Assembly: GCA_009602735.1 (NCBI GenBank)
Contig: WELA01002258.1
Span: forward strand, 866,244 to 930,243
DNA from: Mesotaenium endlicherianum
Lineage: Eukaryota
Length of the DNA stretch: 64,000 nt
Direction of reading: 5' to 3'
Below, one piece after another: positions 13,547-27,400 of this stretch. A model generated the notes under the pieces. It saw nothing but the letters and a program-made list of their open reading frames with translations, searched no databases and had not been told where the DNA came from. The position numbers were made by a program, and so were the translations under genes. The first letter of the stretch is position 1; the number at the start of each line of letters is the position of its first letter.

Positions 13547-15464
13547 TTATCGAGGCGTAACTTCAGAAACAAATGGGACACTGATGGCAGAAGTGCCTTC
13601 GGAGCCGAGCATTGGTGCCTCAGGACCCATGCTGCCGCTGGAGGGGTGGAAAGCAAGCCCTGAGGAGGGCAGCCCTGTGGAGCCGCCTGCTCTTCGTATG
13701 AGCGGCTCCGAAGAATCCATATATTGCAGGTGGGCCTCACCGCTCCCTATCTCTTCCAGGCGGGTGGCCACCTGTGCCATGGATGGCCGATCAGCAGCGC
13801 CCAACTTGACGCAGTCGAATGCCAGCTCTATGACGTGTGCAAGCGCCTGCTCCGAGAACTCCCCAATCGTGGGATCGATCACAGAAGTCCAGGCCAAAGT
13901 GGAGAGCTTCCACTTGACCTGCGCCCACATCATTAGATTACGGTGCGCCGTTACAGCCTCCGGCCAGTGCTTCACGGACCAACATATCTGGCAGGAAGCA
14001 ACCCAGGCGGGCGTATACACAAGAAGGTCAGACGCTTACCCAAGCTATCAACGATTTGGTCTCCTCTGGGTTTTCCAGGTCCTTCCAAGTGGGGCGCTTC
14101 CCGGTGCACAGTTCCAACAGCACCACTCCAAAGCTGCGGTGAGCATGGCACACAGGCAGCTAGTCAGTGCAATCGATTTCATGTGATGGCTTTGTAGTGC
14201 CCACAGGCCAAGCGCAATCATACAGATGCTAAAATAATCCACATTCTCAATGACTCCCCTCTACTCTGCTTACTGCAGCTCATGTACTTGGTAAAAAGGA
14301 CCCGTATGAGCGAAAAAGGCCAGTAGGGACACACCTATAAACATCGCTCTTGGGCGTGAGTTGGAAGGTGGAAAAATATTCGGGGTCCATGTAGCCGCGC
14401 GTGCCCGCCAGCTGTGCCGTGCTCAGTTTGTCCACTCCATTGCCCACCCGCTTCAGCAGCCCAAAGTCTGCCACCTTGGCCTGCACCGTGCACGCACAAC
14501 AGCAGCGCCGCAAGGGCCACGACTGAGTACGTTGGCTACCACAAGGTCGTGCACAAGCAAGGGGTGCGGCAGTCAACAGCAGCTAGGTGGTGGGGGTGGG
14601 CATGGGCACTTGGAGCTTGGCATCCAGCAGGATGTTCTCGGCCTTGACGTCGCGGTGGATGATGGCTTCCTTGGCATTGTTGGCAAACGAGTGCAGGTAG
14701 CTCAGCCCGCGCGCCGCCCCCACAGCAATTATTAGCCTCTGCTCAAACGTCAGCGGCTGCCTCCCGCTACCTGGCAGCACACAGATGCACGTGCAACTCG
14801 CTTGCTCAGATCAGCCAGCCAGTCAGTCAGTCAGTCCGCCGGCCAGAGTGCCGGCCCCTCGACTAAGTCCCTTGCTTCCCCCCCTCCAAGAGGACAAAAG
14901 TGGGAGAAAGAGGGGCGGCACCTTGCTTGGGGTGCAGCCAGTCATCCACGGTGGCGTTGGGCATGAACTCGTACACAAAGATCTGCTCGCCCTTGTCGGT
15001 GCAGAAGCCCAGCAGCACCACCACGTTCACGTGGTTCAGCTGCGATATCAGATCCACCTGCAGNCCCTCGCAGTACCTACATGCCGTAAAGTGTGCAGAT
15101 GGGCACGGGCACGGGCACGGCTTTATCCAATCACCCCAGCCCTGCCTGGCTACAACTACTTACTGTCAGGTACGTGTTCTGCAACGCGATCCCAAAAGCA
15201 GGCCCATATTTGCGACACTCGGCGTATGCATTGCCGCGTCACGCACCTCCTCGGCAAAGTCCTTGAAGCCCTGCTGGGTGGCCTTGTTGGCGCGCTTCAC
15301 GGCCCACAACTTGTCATTGGGGCCCTGCCCCTTGTACACCGTGGCAAACCCGCCCGCGCCCATGCTGTTGGCGTCGCTGAAGTTGTCTGTTGCCTTCTCC
15401 AGCTCCGCCAGTGGGATGTACTGCACCCCCCCCGCCTTGAGCTTGCTCAGCAGCTCCTGCCCCT
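13547..15464 (-). other. RLK/Pelle-type Ser/Thr kinase domain and C-tail (six exons)
   Basis: [85 protein letters not shown]. Confidence 0.95.
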
Positions 15465-18400
15465 CTGCACACCACCCGCATCCCACACAATTCCCTCTCG
15501 CCTCAGATACGCCCCTCCTTGCCCCTTCTCACTACCTCGGAGGCCAGGTGGCGGAAGGAGGCCCAGGGTTTGCAGACGCAAGATAGCATGTGTGCACACC
15601 CACCTAGGTCCAGAGGGCCCTGCTGATTGTAGCGCCGGCGGCCCCACACAATGGCCGCCAGCAGCAGCACAGCTGCCAGCACACACGCTCCCACAGCTGT
15701 GCCGGCAATCGCTCCGGTCGAGAAGCCCTTGGACGCCGCTGCAGCACGGCAACAGACAGGGACAAGGCAGTCGCAGTCGACCCTCAGTTCTTGCCACACG
15801 AATACTAATGGAGAGTCGCACTAAACAAGGGCCAATGCACTCCCTGTATGTGAGTGTGTGCGTGCAATTCGTTGAGAAGGGACAAACCTGGGGGCGCTTC
15901 GGGGCCGGGCAGCACATCTTGCAGCTCCAGGGCGTTGAGCTTGGGCTCCTGCAGGCGGCTGCCCGGGCTGGGCATGATGCGCACACGGATAGTGGAGCTG
16001 GACGCTCCCAGGCTCACGCGGAAGTCGCGGAACAGCGTCGCCCGCGGCCCCACCTCCTTGACCACGTCCAGCCCGCTCAGCACCAGCTGCACCCCACCCC
16101 CTCCCGCCCCTGCTCTGTAAGAGGCATGCGGACAGACAGACACAGGGGATCAACTGTGCTGCACGCACGCACACTCACTCATGCAAATATGACCCCCTCC
16201 TCCCAGGTGATTCCCTGTCTCCCTCCAGGAAAAATTCACTTGATTTGTCCCACACACTCACATACACGGTCATTTAACGTGGCAAACCTGTCCCGCTCTC
16301 GCCCCCCCTCTGACACAGACCCACAAACATACACAGAGAGAGAGAGTGAAGGGTAGAGGCGGCCTCTACTCACGTCACGGCAGCACCCTCTGCCATGCTG
16401 TGCTGTGCTGGGGTCGTTGAAGGAAGACAGACAGCAAGCAGCACCCACTCACCTGCTCATTGATGTAGATGTCGAGCACGCGCCCGCCCACGTCCTCCAC
16501 TGTCAGCTCCGCAAAGTGCAGGCGGACGACAAACTTATGTGATGATTTGACGGCAATGGAAGTGCTGAGGCCGTCGGGCCCCAGGTGCTCCTCTCGTACC
16601 AGCCGCTCGCTCTGGTACACGGCCAGCGGCAGAAACTGCGGCGCTTCCCCCGTGCCGCTGATGGGCACCGGAACGGTGTTGGTCGTGGTGTTGGGGTTGG
16701 TGTACTGCGAAGGGTCGTCTGACTGCCATGATCGCCCGCCTGCCAGCAGCACACACTTGGCCGCACAGGCTCCCCTTGTCAGCTGCATGCACCTTCTCCC
16801 AGCTTAGCACGGAGGCATGAAGTCAGCGTGTCCGGCACAAATTTTTGTCTGTCTGCATGTGCATGTGAGTGAAACAGGGATAGGAGAGACACAAGCCTTA
16901 CTTGAATCCACATACGGCATGCCCCCAATGTTCTTCCTGTTGGGGCCAAAGAGCTGGAGGATGTCTTTGGTGGTGGTGGTTTGATTAAACAGCCCCTCCG
17001 GCTGCGTCACAATCTGCAGCACGCACACACCAACACGTCTTTTGCTTAGAGGGGAAGCACAGAGCAGGAAGAAAAAAGGCCGCCCGCCCGCCCGCCNNNN
17101 NNNNNNNNNNNNNNNNNNNNNNNNNNNNNNNNNNNNNNNNNNNNNNNNNNNNNNNNNNNNNNNNNNNNNNNNNNNNNNNNNNNNNNNNNNNNNNNNNNNN
17201 NNNNNNNNNNNNNNNNNNNNNNNNNNNNNNNNNNNNNNNNNNNNNNNNNNNNNNNNNNNNNNNNNNNNNNNNNNNNNNNNNNNNNNNNNNNNNNNNNNNN
17301 NNNNNNNNNNNNNNNNNNNNNNNNNNNCCCTCCTCCCAGGTGATTCCCTGTCTCCCTCCAGGAAAAATTCACTTGATTTGTCCCACACACTCACATACAC
17401 GGTCATTTAACGTGGCAAACCTGTCCCGCTCTCGCCCCCCCTCTGACACAGACCCACAAACATACACAGAGAGAGAGAGTGAAGGGTAGAGGCGGCCTCT
17501 ACTCACGTCACGGCAGCACCCTCTGCCATGCTGTGCTGTGCTGGGGTCGTTGAAGGAAGGCAGACAGCAAGCAGCACCCACTCACCTGCTCATTGATGTA
17601 GATGTCGAGCACGCGCCCGCCCACGTCCTCCACTGTCAGCTCCGCAAAGTGCAGGCGGACGACAAACTTATGTGATGATTTGACGGCAATGGAAGTGCTG
17701 AGGCCGTCGGGCCCCAGGTGCTCCTCCCGCACCAGCCGCTCGCTCTGGTACACGGCCAGCGGCAGAAACTGCGGCGCTTCCCCCGTGCCGCTGATGGGCA
17801 CCGGAACGGTGTTGGTCGTGGTGTTGGGGTTGGTGTACTGCGAAGGGTCGTCTGACTGCCATGATCGCCCGCCTGCCAGCAGCACACACTTGGCCGCACA
17901 GGCTCCCCTTGTCAGCTGCATGCACCTTCTCCCAGCTTAGCACGGAGGCATGAAGTCAGCGTGTCCGGCACAAATTTTTGTCTGTCTGCATGTGCATGTG
18001 AGTGAAACAGGGATAGGAGAGACACAAGCCTTACTTGAATCCACATACGGCATGCCCCCAATGTTCTTCCTGTTGGGGCCAAAGAGCTGGAGGATGTCTT
18101 TGGTGGTGGTGGTTTGATTAAACAGCCCCTCCGGCTGCGTCACAATCTGCAGCACGCACACACCAACACGTCTTTTGCTTAGAGGGGAAGCACAGAGCAG
18201 GAAGAAAAAAGGCCGCCCGCCCGCCCGCCCGCCCGCCCGCCGCCCGTTGCCCGTCCACATTCTGAGTATCGAATGACAGAGTGCAAGCCATGAGCTCCTC
18301 CGTATCCTCCTCCTCCTCCTCCTGCTGCTGCTCATCTGCTGGGAGGGAGATAAGGTGCCTACCTCAATGGCAGAGACCATAGGATTCCCAATGGAGCGAG

Positions 18401-21400
18401 AGAAGGTGATGGTGAGGTTGGGGCCGGGGATAGCAAGCGAGAACTCGTCATAGTACGGAACCCCGGCCTTGGGCGGATTCAGTTGGCTCATTACCTGCAG
18501 ACCCACGCGCTCTCAGTCTCTCAGAAGACGTCCGCAGGTCGCGACAGCGGGATGACAGCTGCCTCAGGGTCCTACCCTCCTCCGTCAGGGCCAGGGATGG
18601 AGAGAGGAGGGTGCTGCTTACAAGGAAGCCGTTGAGCAGGATGCTGTAGGAGCGCAGCAGAGGGGACGAGAACTCAAACTCGCCATAGTACACCCGCACC
18701 TGCAGCCACCCGCAGCCAAAACTGTGAGGGCGGGATGCCGCTTGCTCTTACCTGCTCTCGGATAACCGCAAATGCCCTAGCTCAGTGTGAGAGAGCATAC
18801 CAGGTACAGCCCGGGAGCAGACTCAATGGGAATGTTGTAGCTGTTGTTGGCCCCCCCTGGCCAGTATCTGTAGGATGCGTACAGCTCGGCGTTGTCTACC
18901 CACTGCGACTGCTGTCTCTGGATGTTCTTCAGCGAGGCACTCATGGCCACACCGCTGCTGAAGTAGTCATCGGCAGCCCAGAGGTTGCCGGCAGGGTCCG
19001 TGTACTCCTGGCCCCCACAGTTGATCCGGATGGCGCCTGCCCCCCCCTCAGTCCCACAAGTTGCATACACACATCATGTCAGGGTGGGCCTGCTGCAGCC
19101 GCTTGGGGCCCTGACACAATCGATGATCACCACTACCAGCAGCAGCAGCAGCACGTCTTGCGGTGCCGGGGAGGAGGGGGCGCGGCACCTTCGAAGCTGA
19201 GAGGGGGGGGCACGAAGATGGAGGTGAGCAGTTCCACGCCGCAGAGCAGCGCCTCCTGCACGCGGCTGCCGTTGCTGGGGCGCACCTCATACGTCACCCC
19301 GTCGCTGGTGTCCGCCTGCACCTTAAAGTCCACATACGTGGCGCTCATAGGCCCCACCTCCTTCACCAGGTCCAAGCCACTGCGCACCACCTGCGAGACG
19401 AGAAGACCACTATACAACAGGCAAGTCAGCTCCCCTGAGGTTGCACGTGCCGTTGCTAGTGGTACTTGCCAACAAGAGACACGTGCACGGCGCATGCACA
19501 ACACACATTAACAGCACTGCAAATGGTGGCGAATGTGCGCGCTGGCTCTCTCTCGGAGCCGCACTTCTTCCGAAGCACCAGACAGGCAGCCTCTGCTGGC
19601 AGCCCCACCCACCTGGCCGTTGAGGAGGATGTCCATGACGCGGTCGCCCGCGCGCGAGTACTGCAGCTCCGCAAAGTGCAGCCGCACCAGGAAGAAGACG
19701 AAGCTGCTGCTGCCCAAAAACCTCGCTGTCAGCACCTTGCTCAGGCTGGTGGGCACCACTATCCCGCCCTTGGTGGCGCCCTTGCTGATGCGCGCGCTCT
19801 GGTACACGCTCTGCTCGTAGTCGCCAGCCTCCGCACGCACCACCACCGGCCTGGTGGCCCACAGCGTGGTGGTGTGATTGTTGAGGTCGTTCACGCGGTT
19901 GTCCAGGAGCCAGGTGCGGCCCTGCGAGTCCATGAGGCTGTTGCCGCCGATGTTGTAGCGCTCCACTACGCTTGTGAAGGGCACGGTGTACGTCTCACGG
20001 TACATGCCCGCCGGTGCCGCCGCCACCTGACGCACGCGCACAGTGGGCATGCCAGAGGGTGGGCAACGTCCTATTGGTAGCAGACAATGCTCTGCACTTG
20101 GATTCGATGGGTCTCATCTTCCACCCTTTGGGGGGGGGGAAGGGGGGGGGGAGNCACAGGAGCACAGAACTCAAACACGGACGAATTGAAGTGCGTGAAG
20201 CTGAAGTTGCCCGCCACCTGCCACCCACCAAGCACCCCTGTGAGGTCACTACCATGCTCGGCCTGACTGTGCGATCGTGCACCGTCCCCCAACCCAATTG
20301 GTACTTATATTGACGCAGAACATGTGCTAAAGAACAGCAGCAATTACTTCACTACCATATACATGGCAAGTGTAAACTAGAGTGCAAAGGCGAGGGGGAG
20401 ACGGGGGGGGGTGGACAAGCAGCTCTGACCACGCGGCCATCCAGGGCAATGGAGAAGGCGCGTGTGGTGTTGCCCAAGCTGAGCGGGTCCACCTCCGCAA
20501 AGTACAGGCGCACCTGCGCAGGGACGCACCCACAGCGCACGGGGAAGACAGTGAGCAAGTGCGCGTTACCCCCCGCACAGCACACGCATAACACGAGCAG
20601 AGAGGAGGCAACCACACTGGATTTCTATGCGCCTCCGCCTTTGCCTCGGCCACTGCCTGAGCAGCATGCAGCAGAAGCAGCAGCAGGGGCAGCAGCAGCA
20701 GCAGCAGCAGGAAGAGGAAAAGGGGGCAAGTGGGTAGAGGATGTGTGTGTGAGAGAGAGTGTCAAACCCAGTAGAGGCCGGGCTGGCTGAGGGGGATGAT
20801 GTAAGAGCCGCCCAGGACGTCCTGAGGCCACGTGCGCTGCGACGCCAGCAGGTGCGCGTGGAACCCCCCGGTACTGTACATGGTCGCCATCACCGACTGC
20901 TTGGCCGGCACGGCCTGCCCCCCCTTGTAGAAGCGGTCGGGCAGCCACTGGCGCCCGTACGAGTCGATGGTGACGCCGCCTCCGCAGTTGATGCGCACCA
21001 CCGCGGCCTCATCTGCGCAGCCGCCGCCCGTTCAATCAGTCACCCAAACTCATTGGTGACGCGTCCGGACACAGGCAGGGGAGGGCAGGACAGGGGGGGA
21101 GAGGGACAGAGGGAGAGAGGGAGGGGAGGTGGGAAGGAAAGAGGAAAGGAGGGAGGGGGAGCAGATAATAATGATGAGCTCACCTGAGCGTGTCGGCTGC
21201 GGCTGCGAGAGTTGGTCGTGGCGCAGCATCTCCACGGCGCTGAGCATGGGCTGCTGCACCTTGGAGGCGGTGCTGGCGCGGATCTGCACCAGCAGCAGGC
21301 CCGTGCCGTCCCCCTGCACGTTGAAGTCCTTGTACAGCGACGCATTGGCGCCCGCTTCTACCATCACGTCCAGCTTCTCGTATGCCACCTGTCCACGCCC

Positions 21401-24400
21401 TTGATACCGCTCACACATGTGAGGACGGATGGTGCCGGCACCAACTTTGACGCTGCGAGGGGGGGCTGGCCGTAACCCTGCTTGGAAGGAGGAGGCCGGC
21501 AGCCACAAAACTTCGAGACTATGGCTGTCGGGCCGCTACTGTCTAGACGAGGGGAGAGGAGAGGAGAGAGCAAAGGGGTACATACAAAGCCGTTGATGAG
21601 GATGTCCATGACGCGGACACCCGCAGCCGCATACTCCACCTCGCAGAAGTGCAGCCGCAGCAGATAGAACGTCAGTTTGGAAGGCAGCCGCAGCGGCATC
21701 GAAATCGTGGGCGTGCCGCTGCTGCTGCTGCTGCTCTGATTGAGCGCCAAGGGCAGGGCTCTCCGCCCGGAGCGNCAGGGCCCTCCGCCCGGAGCGCAGC
21801 AGCGCCGCAGGCACGTAGCTCGGGCTGACGTCCGCGCCTCCGATCACAACATCGTTGCTGACGCTGTAGAGGGCGGTGGAGGCGGGGGGCTCGTAGAAGT
21901 TGGGGTCGTCGCCAAAGAAACGGCGGCCCAGGGAGTCCACCACGTCCTTGCCGCCCACATTCCAGCGCCCATATGCCCACAGCTCGGTGGGTGGCGCCAC
22001 GATTGTGGAGAAGTAGCTTGCAGCCGGCACTGGCACCACCTGCCCACCACCACCATCCATCCGGTAGGCAAAGGCAGGCAGATTCAGCAGTAGCAGCAGC
22101 AGCAGTCACAGACAGCTCAACCTCACTCACCATCGGCCTGCATGCATGGGAGATGAGGAACTTCATGCTCCGGGCAGGCAGGCTCCCAGAAAGGCAGGGA
22201 GGGAGCGACTGACCTCAATGGCGTTGACGTAGGGGGTGGAGTCAACGGAGGCAAAGCTGAGGGTCAGATTGGGGCCTGGGACGGCCACCACGTACTCAAA
22301 GTGCTCGTGGCTTGCAAACGTGGATGGGGTGTAGGACACTCCCACCTGGCACACAGTCGAGCCAAGCCCCACCCGCACCAGCGCATTACACTCTGTACTT
22401 GCATGCACCTACGCGACAGCTAGGCGCACGTGTGTTATCTGTGCCCATGAGCTACTAGCACTGATAGTACTAGTGGTGCAAGGCTGCCTCTTGGGGATGC
22501 TGGTGTGTACAGTTGAGTACCTGAGACAGAGAGAGAGGGATGGGTGAGGAGGAGGAGGGGACGAAGGAGCTTACCGGACTGTCGTTGATGACAAAGGCAA
22601 GGTGGCGCAAGGACGTGTTTGCATACTTGAGCTCCGCGAAGTGCACGCGTATCTGCCCAGATGACACGCACTCCTCCCTATCGTCGTCAAAGTGTGCTGC
22701 AGACGGCCAAAAATGGGCGCAGGACAGCGGTCACGCAGACAGACTGAGACAGACAGACATACTTCATGGCCCTACCCAGCCAAACCTGCACAAGTGTGCA
22801 GGCACGTGGGCTGAGCGGCCAGCAAGCACAGGGGAAGGGGAAGTGGGGAGGGCAATCCTGCTGCCAAGCCCACTTGCAGCAGCAGCAGTCGCGTGCCATC
22901 TCCTACCCTTCCCTACCAAGTACGTGCCCTTGACGGCGGGGATGACGTAGTTGCCGACGCCGCCGCCACGTGGCCACTCGCGGTAGGATGCCACGACTGG
23001 GGCGTCCTGGCTGGTAGAAACCAGGAGGGCAGTGGCGTTGTCTGTGGCAGCGACCGCCGTGCCCCCCTCAAAATAGGCATCCTCTGACCACTGCACGTTT
23101 CTGGCGTTCTTGTACGCCCCACCGCCGCAGTTTATGTGCAGAGCACCTGCCGCAGCCACACATCATCATCACCATCCAGAGGCTTCAGCACATGCTCCTA
23201 ACTCTGAAGTAAGCACTCCCCCGGAGCCCCGCAGAGAGCCATCCATCCCTTCTCAAATCGATGGCAAGACGTTCACGCCCCCTGGCAATGTCTTCCTCCT
23301 CCTCTCACTCCCTCCCTTCTTAGTCGCTAAGTGGTCAGCGCGAGCCTCAGCCCAAGAGCGGAGGGCACAGGGCACCGGGCACAGGGTGCGGACCTGGGGG
23401 AGAAGGGGGGGCGGGCAGCATCTCAAAGAGGCCAAAAATTTCAAAGGCGCTGAGGATGGGCTCCACCACGCGGCCACGCGTGTTGGCTACCACCTCCAGC
23501 ACCAGGTAGCCCAGCAGGTTTTCAATCTGCACCACAAAGTCGCGGTGCATGCCCGCATTGGGCCCCACCTGGCGCACGATGTCCAGCCCCTCCAGCACCA
23601 GCTGCACGCCTCCCCCCCCCCGGCCCCCCCTTCCCCCCCTTTTCCCCTTGAGGATGTGCCCACTCACTCACTTGGTCACTGGGTCAACAGCAGCAGGTGC
23701 ACGCGGAGGGGGGGAACATCTCCTGCTGCCGCTCACCTGGTTGTTGATGCGGATATCCACCAGGCGGTCACCGGGCAAGCTCAACTCTATCTCCGCAAAG
23801 TGCAGCCTCACAAGCACCCAAGCTGTTGAAATCAGGGATATGGAGTACGTCAGTCTTGCCGGCGGGTCTGTCGGCTGGCCGCCTGGTGCCTTGCGGAAGC
23901 TTTGGTAGATGCCAGTCGGCAGCCTGTCGAGGGTGGCGTTGAGGTTGCTGATGTTGGCCTGCGTGGTGAACACCACGGAGCGCTGCTGCGAGTACCAGAG
24001 GTCGTAGTCGTCGCGGTACCACACGCGCCCCTGGGAATCTCCAATGCCTGCGCCGCCCACGTTGACGCGGCGGAACGAGAAGAGCACCGAGGGCGTCGTC
24101 ACTGCCTCCCTGTACTGCCCATCCGGCGCCGGGTACACCTGCAGGCTCCCTCTCCTCCCGTCACCTTCTTGTGAGCTGTCGCGCGCACCGCTGCTGCCGC
24201 CGGAGTGATCGGTGAGAGTTGCTCCTGGTGAGCATGGACAGCCCTGATTGATTTCATCTGCTGGAGAGGTCGCACGCGAAAGAAGGAGCTCTCCAAGGAT
24301 ATGCATCACTAAGGAAGGGAGAGGGAGTGGAAGCGCCTGCGGACCTCTATGGCGTTGACGTAGGGCGCGCCAGAGGGGCCGCGGTCAAAGGCTATGGTGA

Positions 24401-27400
24401 GGTTGGGCGTGGTGACGGGCACATGCACCTCCTTGGTGATCGCAAGTACCGGGTACGCGTTGTTGTAATCTATCAGCACCTGCCTCGTCATCGCCATCAG
24501 CGTTTATCAGAGAGCCGGCTGACCTTGGGAGAGGAGCAGCAGCAGCATCAGAACTTGGGGACTTCAAAATAGGGAGCGAGGGAGAGCGGGGAGGGATTAC
24601 CAGGCAGGCTGAGCTCGGGAGAGGAGCAGCAGCAGAACTTGGGGACTTCAGAAAAGGGAGTGAGAGAGAACGGAACTAAATCTCCAGGCAGACAAGTAGG
24701 AAGGCAGGCAGGCAGGCAGGCACACAGGAAAAGAATCAACAGTAGTGGAGAAGAGTGGACTAGCAGCAGTTGGGAGGTTGGCCAGGGAAAGGGGCGGAGC
24801 TTACAGCGGTGTCCTGGAACTGGACCGTGAAGGCGCGATAATTATACTCCAGCTCCGCAAACTGCAGCCGTACCTGCAAGCCGGCAGCTCGGCAGCCAGG
24901 GTCTCATGTCCTGCCACTTTCTTGCTCTCGCTCTCGCTCTTTCTAGTAACAACAGATGACGTCGGGGAACATGTCTGGGTGGACCCGCACGCGATTAGTG
25001 GCGAGATGCAGCACCAGCACCATCAACAGGAGCACAAGAGCACGCACCAGGTACAGGCCGGGCCTGGGCACGGGGATCCGGTAGTAGTTGAGTGTCTCCC
25101 CGGAGAACTCGCGATACGACGCCGCCACCTGCAGCGCCTGGTCATTGTCCTGCTCTCCTGCCAACAAGGCAAACTTGGCCAGGCTGGGGGGCACAGCCAC
25201 ACCCCCCGAGAAGTATTGATCCGCCACGTACGGGAACCCCGCGGCCGAGACCATGGCCTCTCCACCGCAGTTGATGCGCAGAGTGCCTGCAGGGGTAGAC
25301 AGGCAATGCAACGCGGGGGTTGGCACTCGGAAAGAACGCTTTCCCTCGACTTACATACAGGAGAGAAAGCAAGTTCCTCGCGGAAAGATCAGGCGCTTCG
25401 AAGACCACCGTGCAGCACGGGGACAGCACCACCACCTCCTCACTGACTCCTGAAGCATGGCCCATGCCCTTGCCTACGTATGACTGACGTGAGGACAGGA
25501 CTAAGCATCTCCTCCCTCACATGCAAAGGGCTAATTAGGATCGCTACTCCCCAGGCTAGCACGGGTGGGGGGCAGCTCTGAGGCTCAACCTCCTTGGTCT
25601 GCATGCAAGTCACTTCTCTCGATCTTACCGTCGGGAAAGGGATCAAAGACTTGGAACATCGAGATGTGGCGGAACACTTCCAGCGCGCTCAGCAGGGGCT
25701 CCTGCACAGGGCTGGCGGGAGCATTGATGACGGCGATGGTGATAATGCTGCTGCCGATCGCGGCAGGCACGGCTTCCATGTTGAAGTCCAAGAACATGGC
25801 CTTGTTGGGGCCCGCCAGCCGCACCACGTCCAGGCCCGCGTACACCAGCTGCACGCCCAGCCCAGAAGGAGCATGAACGCTCGCACGCACTCACACCCAC
25901 ACACACACGGGGGCCCCCTCCCTGTCCTCTGACAGACAGCAGAGTAGCAGCAGAGGGGGCTCCTGATGCCAAGCTGCATACGAGTATATACCTCCCCCTC
26001 AGCCCGGAAGCAGAGACGCAACAGGCGGCCTGTTCCATAAAGCAGCAACCGGCCCCCCCGGCTACGAGAACAATGGGCATGATGGGCGCCGGCGCCGGTT
26101 CAGTACACACACACACGCAGACGCACATATACACACGCAAAATCGTGTGCAGAGAGGGCCAGTGAATGAGTGACAGGCGGACTGACCTCGTCGTTGACGT
26201 AGACGTTCATGACACGCTGGCCGGCGGTGAGGCCCTGGACCTCCGCGAAGTGCAGGCGCGCCGTGTGGTAGGAGGCGTCTAGCACGGGCACCACGATGTA
26301 AAGCCCCACACCCGTCAGGTTCTGCGTCGCGATGGTGGTGGCCGTCTGGAGCACGCGCAGCGGCAGGAAGTCGGGCGAGCTGCCCGTGCCCGCCACCTGG
26401 ACGGCGGGGCCCACGCGCGTGCTGCTGGTGCGGTTGTTGACGTACATGAGCGGCACGTCGGGCTCCCACGTGCGCCCCTCCGAGTCCAGAAAGGGCGCGG
26501 GGTCGCCGCCCATGTCCAGGCGCGTGACGGTGCGCATCATCATGGGCGTGTTCACGTTGTTGCGGTACAGCCCCGGGTAGTGGCGCGCCACCTGTCCAGT
26601 CGGCGGCACAGCAGAGGCGCAGATGGTGACTTGCGTGACATTTAGGCTAGCAGAGGTCAAAGCAGAGCAGAGCAAATGACCCGGCAGAGGTTGGGGTCTG
26701 GCTGCGCTGCTCCCATGCCTGCCTGCGTGGCAGCTCCTGCCAGCAGCATGGCTACGTTCAGTTTGGTCGTCGCATCATCGTCATCATCATCTTGACCTTC
26801 GTCCGCAGCTGCAGCAGCAACGCTCAAGGTGCATGCGTGCAGGTGCCAGCCCACGCTACACAGAGCGCAAAGCACACGCCAACGGAGCAATGAAGCGTGC
26901 AAACAAGCGCGCTCACCTCGATGGCAGAAATGTGCATGGCTGCTCTGATGGCGATGAGGGACACCACGGCCGCGCTGCCGTACACGGGCACCGAGAACTC
27001 TAGAAAAAATGGCACCGCCGGGTTCGCCACAGTGTACGCCATGTACGCCTGCAGAAGCAGCCTCAGGAGCAGTGGCCACTGCTTCAGCACTCGGCCGCAG
27101 GAGGAGGAGGAGGAAGAGCAGGAGTAGCTGCACCCAACTAGATGCAAGACAGCGCGCCCGGTGGCTACATTTTCACTTTTATTCTAACAATTGCAGCTTG
27201 CTCTCCTGCTTCCTGCTGCCCGCACCACTTCTTTTTTTGGGGGGACGGGGGGGGGGAGAGGGGAAGGGGGGCACGGCTACCGTGAGTCCGTTAATCATGA
27301 TAGTGAACGCGCGGTCTGAGGTGTTGGCATACGTCAGCTCCATGAAGTGCAAGCGCACCTGCTTCCCCCCCTTCCCCCAACCACCATCACCAGCACGTGC

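Noticed and set aside
14785..16356. 523-aa plus-strand ORF and many other GC-rich antisense ORFs over 13.5-28 kb
   Set aside because: Shadow frames opposite the kinase and malectin exons, with no recognisable motifs.
16196..18229. Apparent eleventh (half) malectin domain from duplicated exons
   Set aside because: The near-identical copies, introns included, directly flank an N gap. This is most likely a contig overlap or haplotype artefact, so it was not counted.
21755..21800. Frameshift within malectin domain 6
   Set aside because: A ~20-bp duplication centred on a single N, typical of a scaffold join rather than a real lesion.
24520..24675. ~70-bp intronic direct repeat
   Set aside because: Ordinary local duplication within an intron, with no TIR or TSD.
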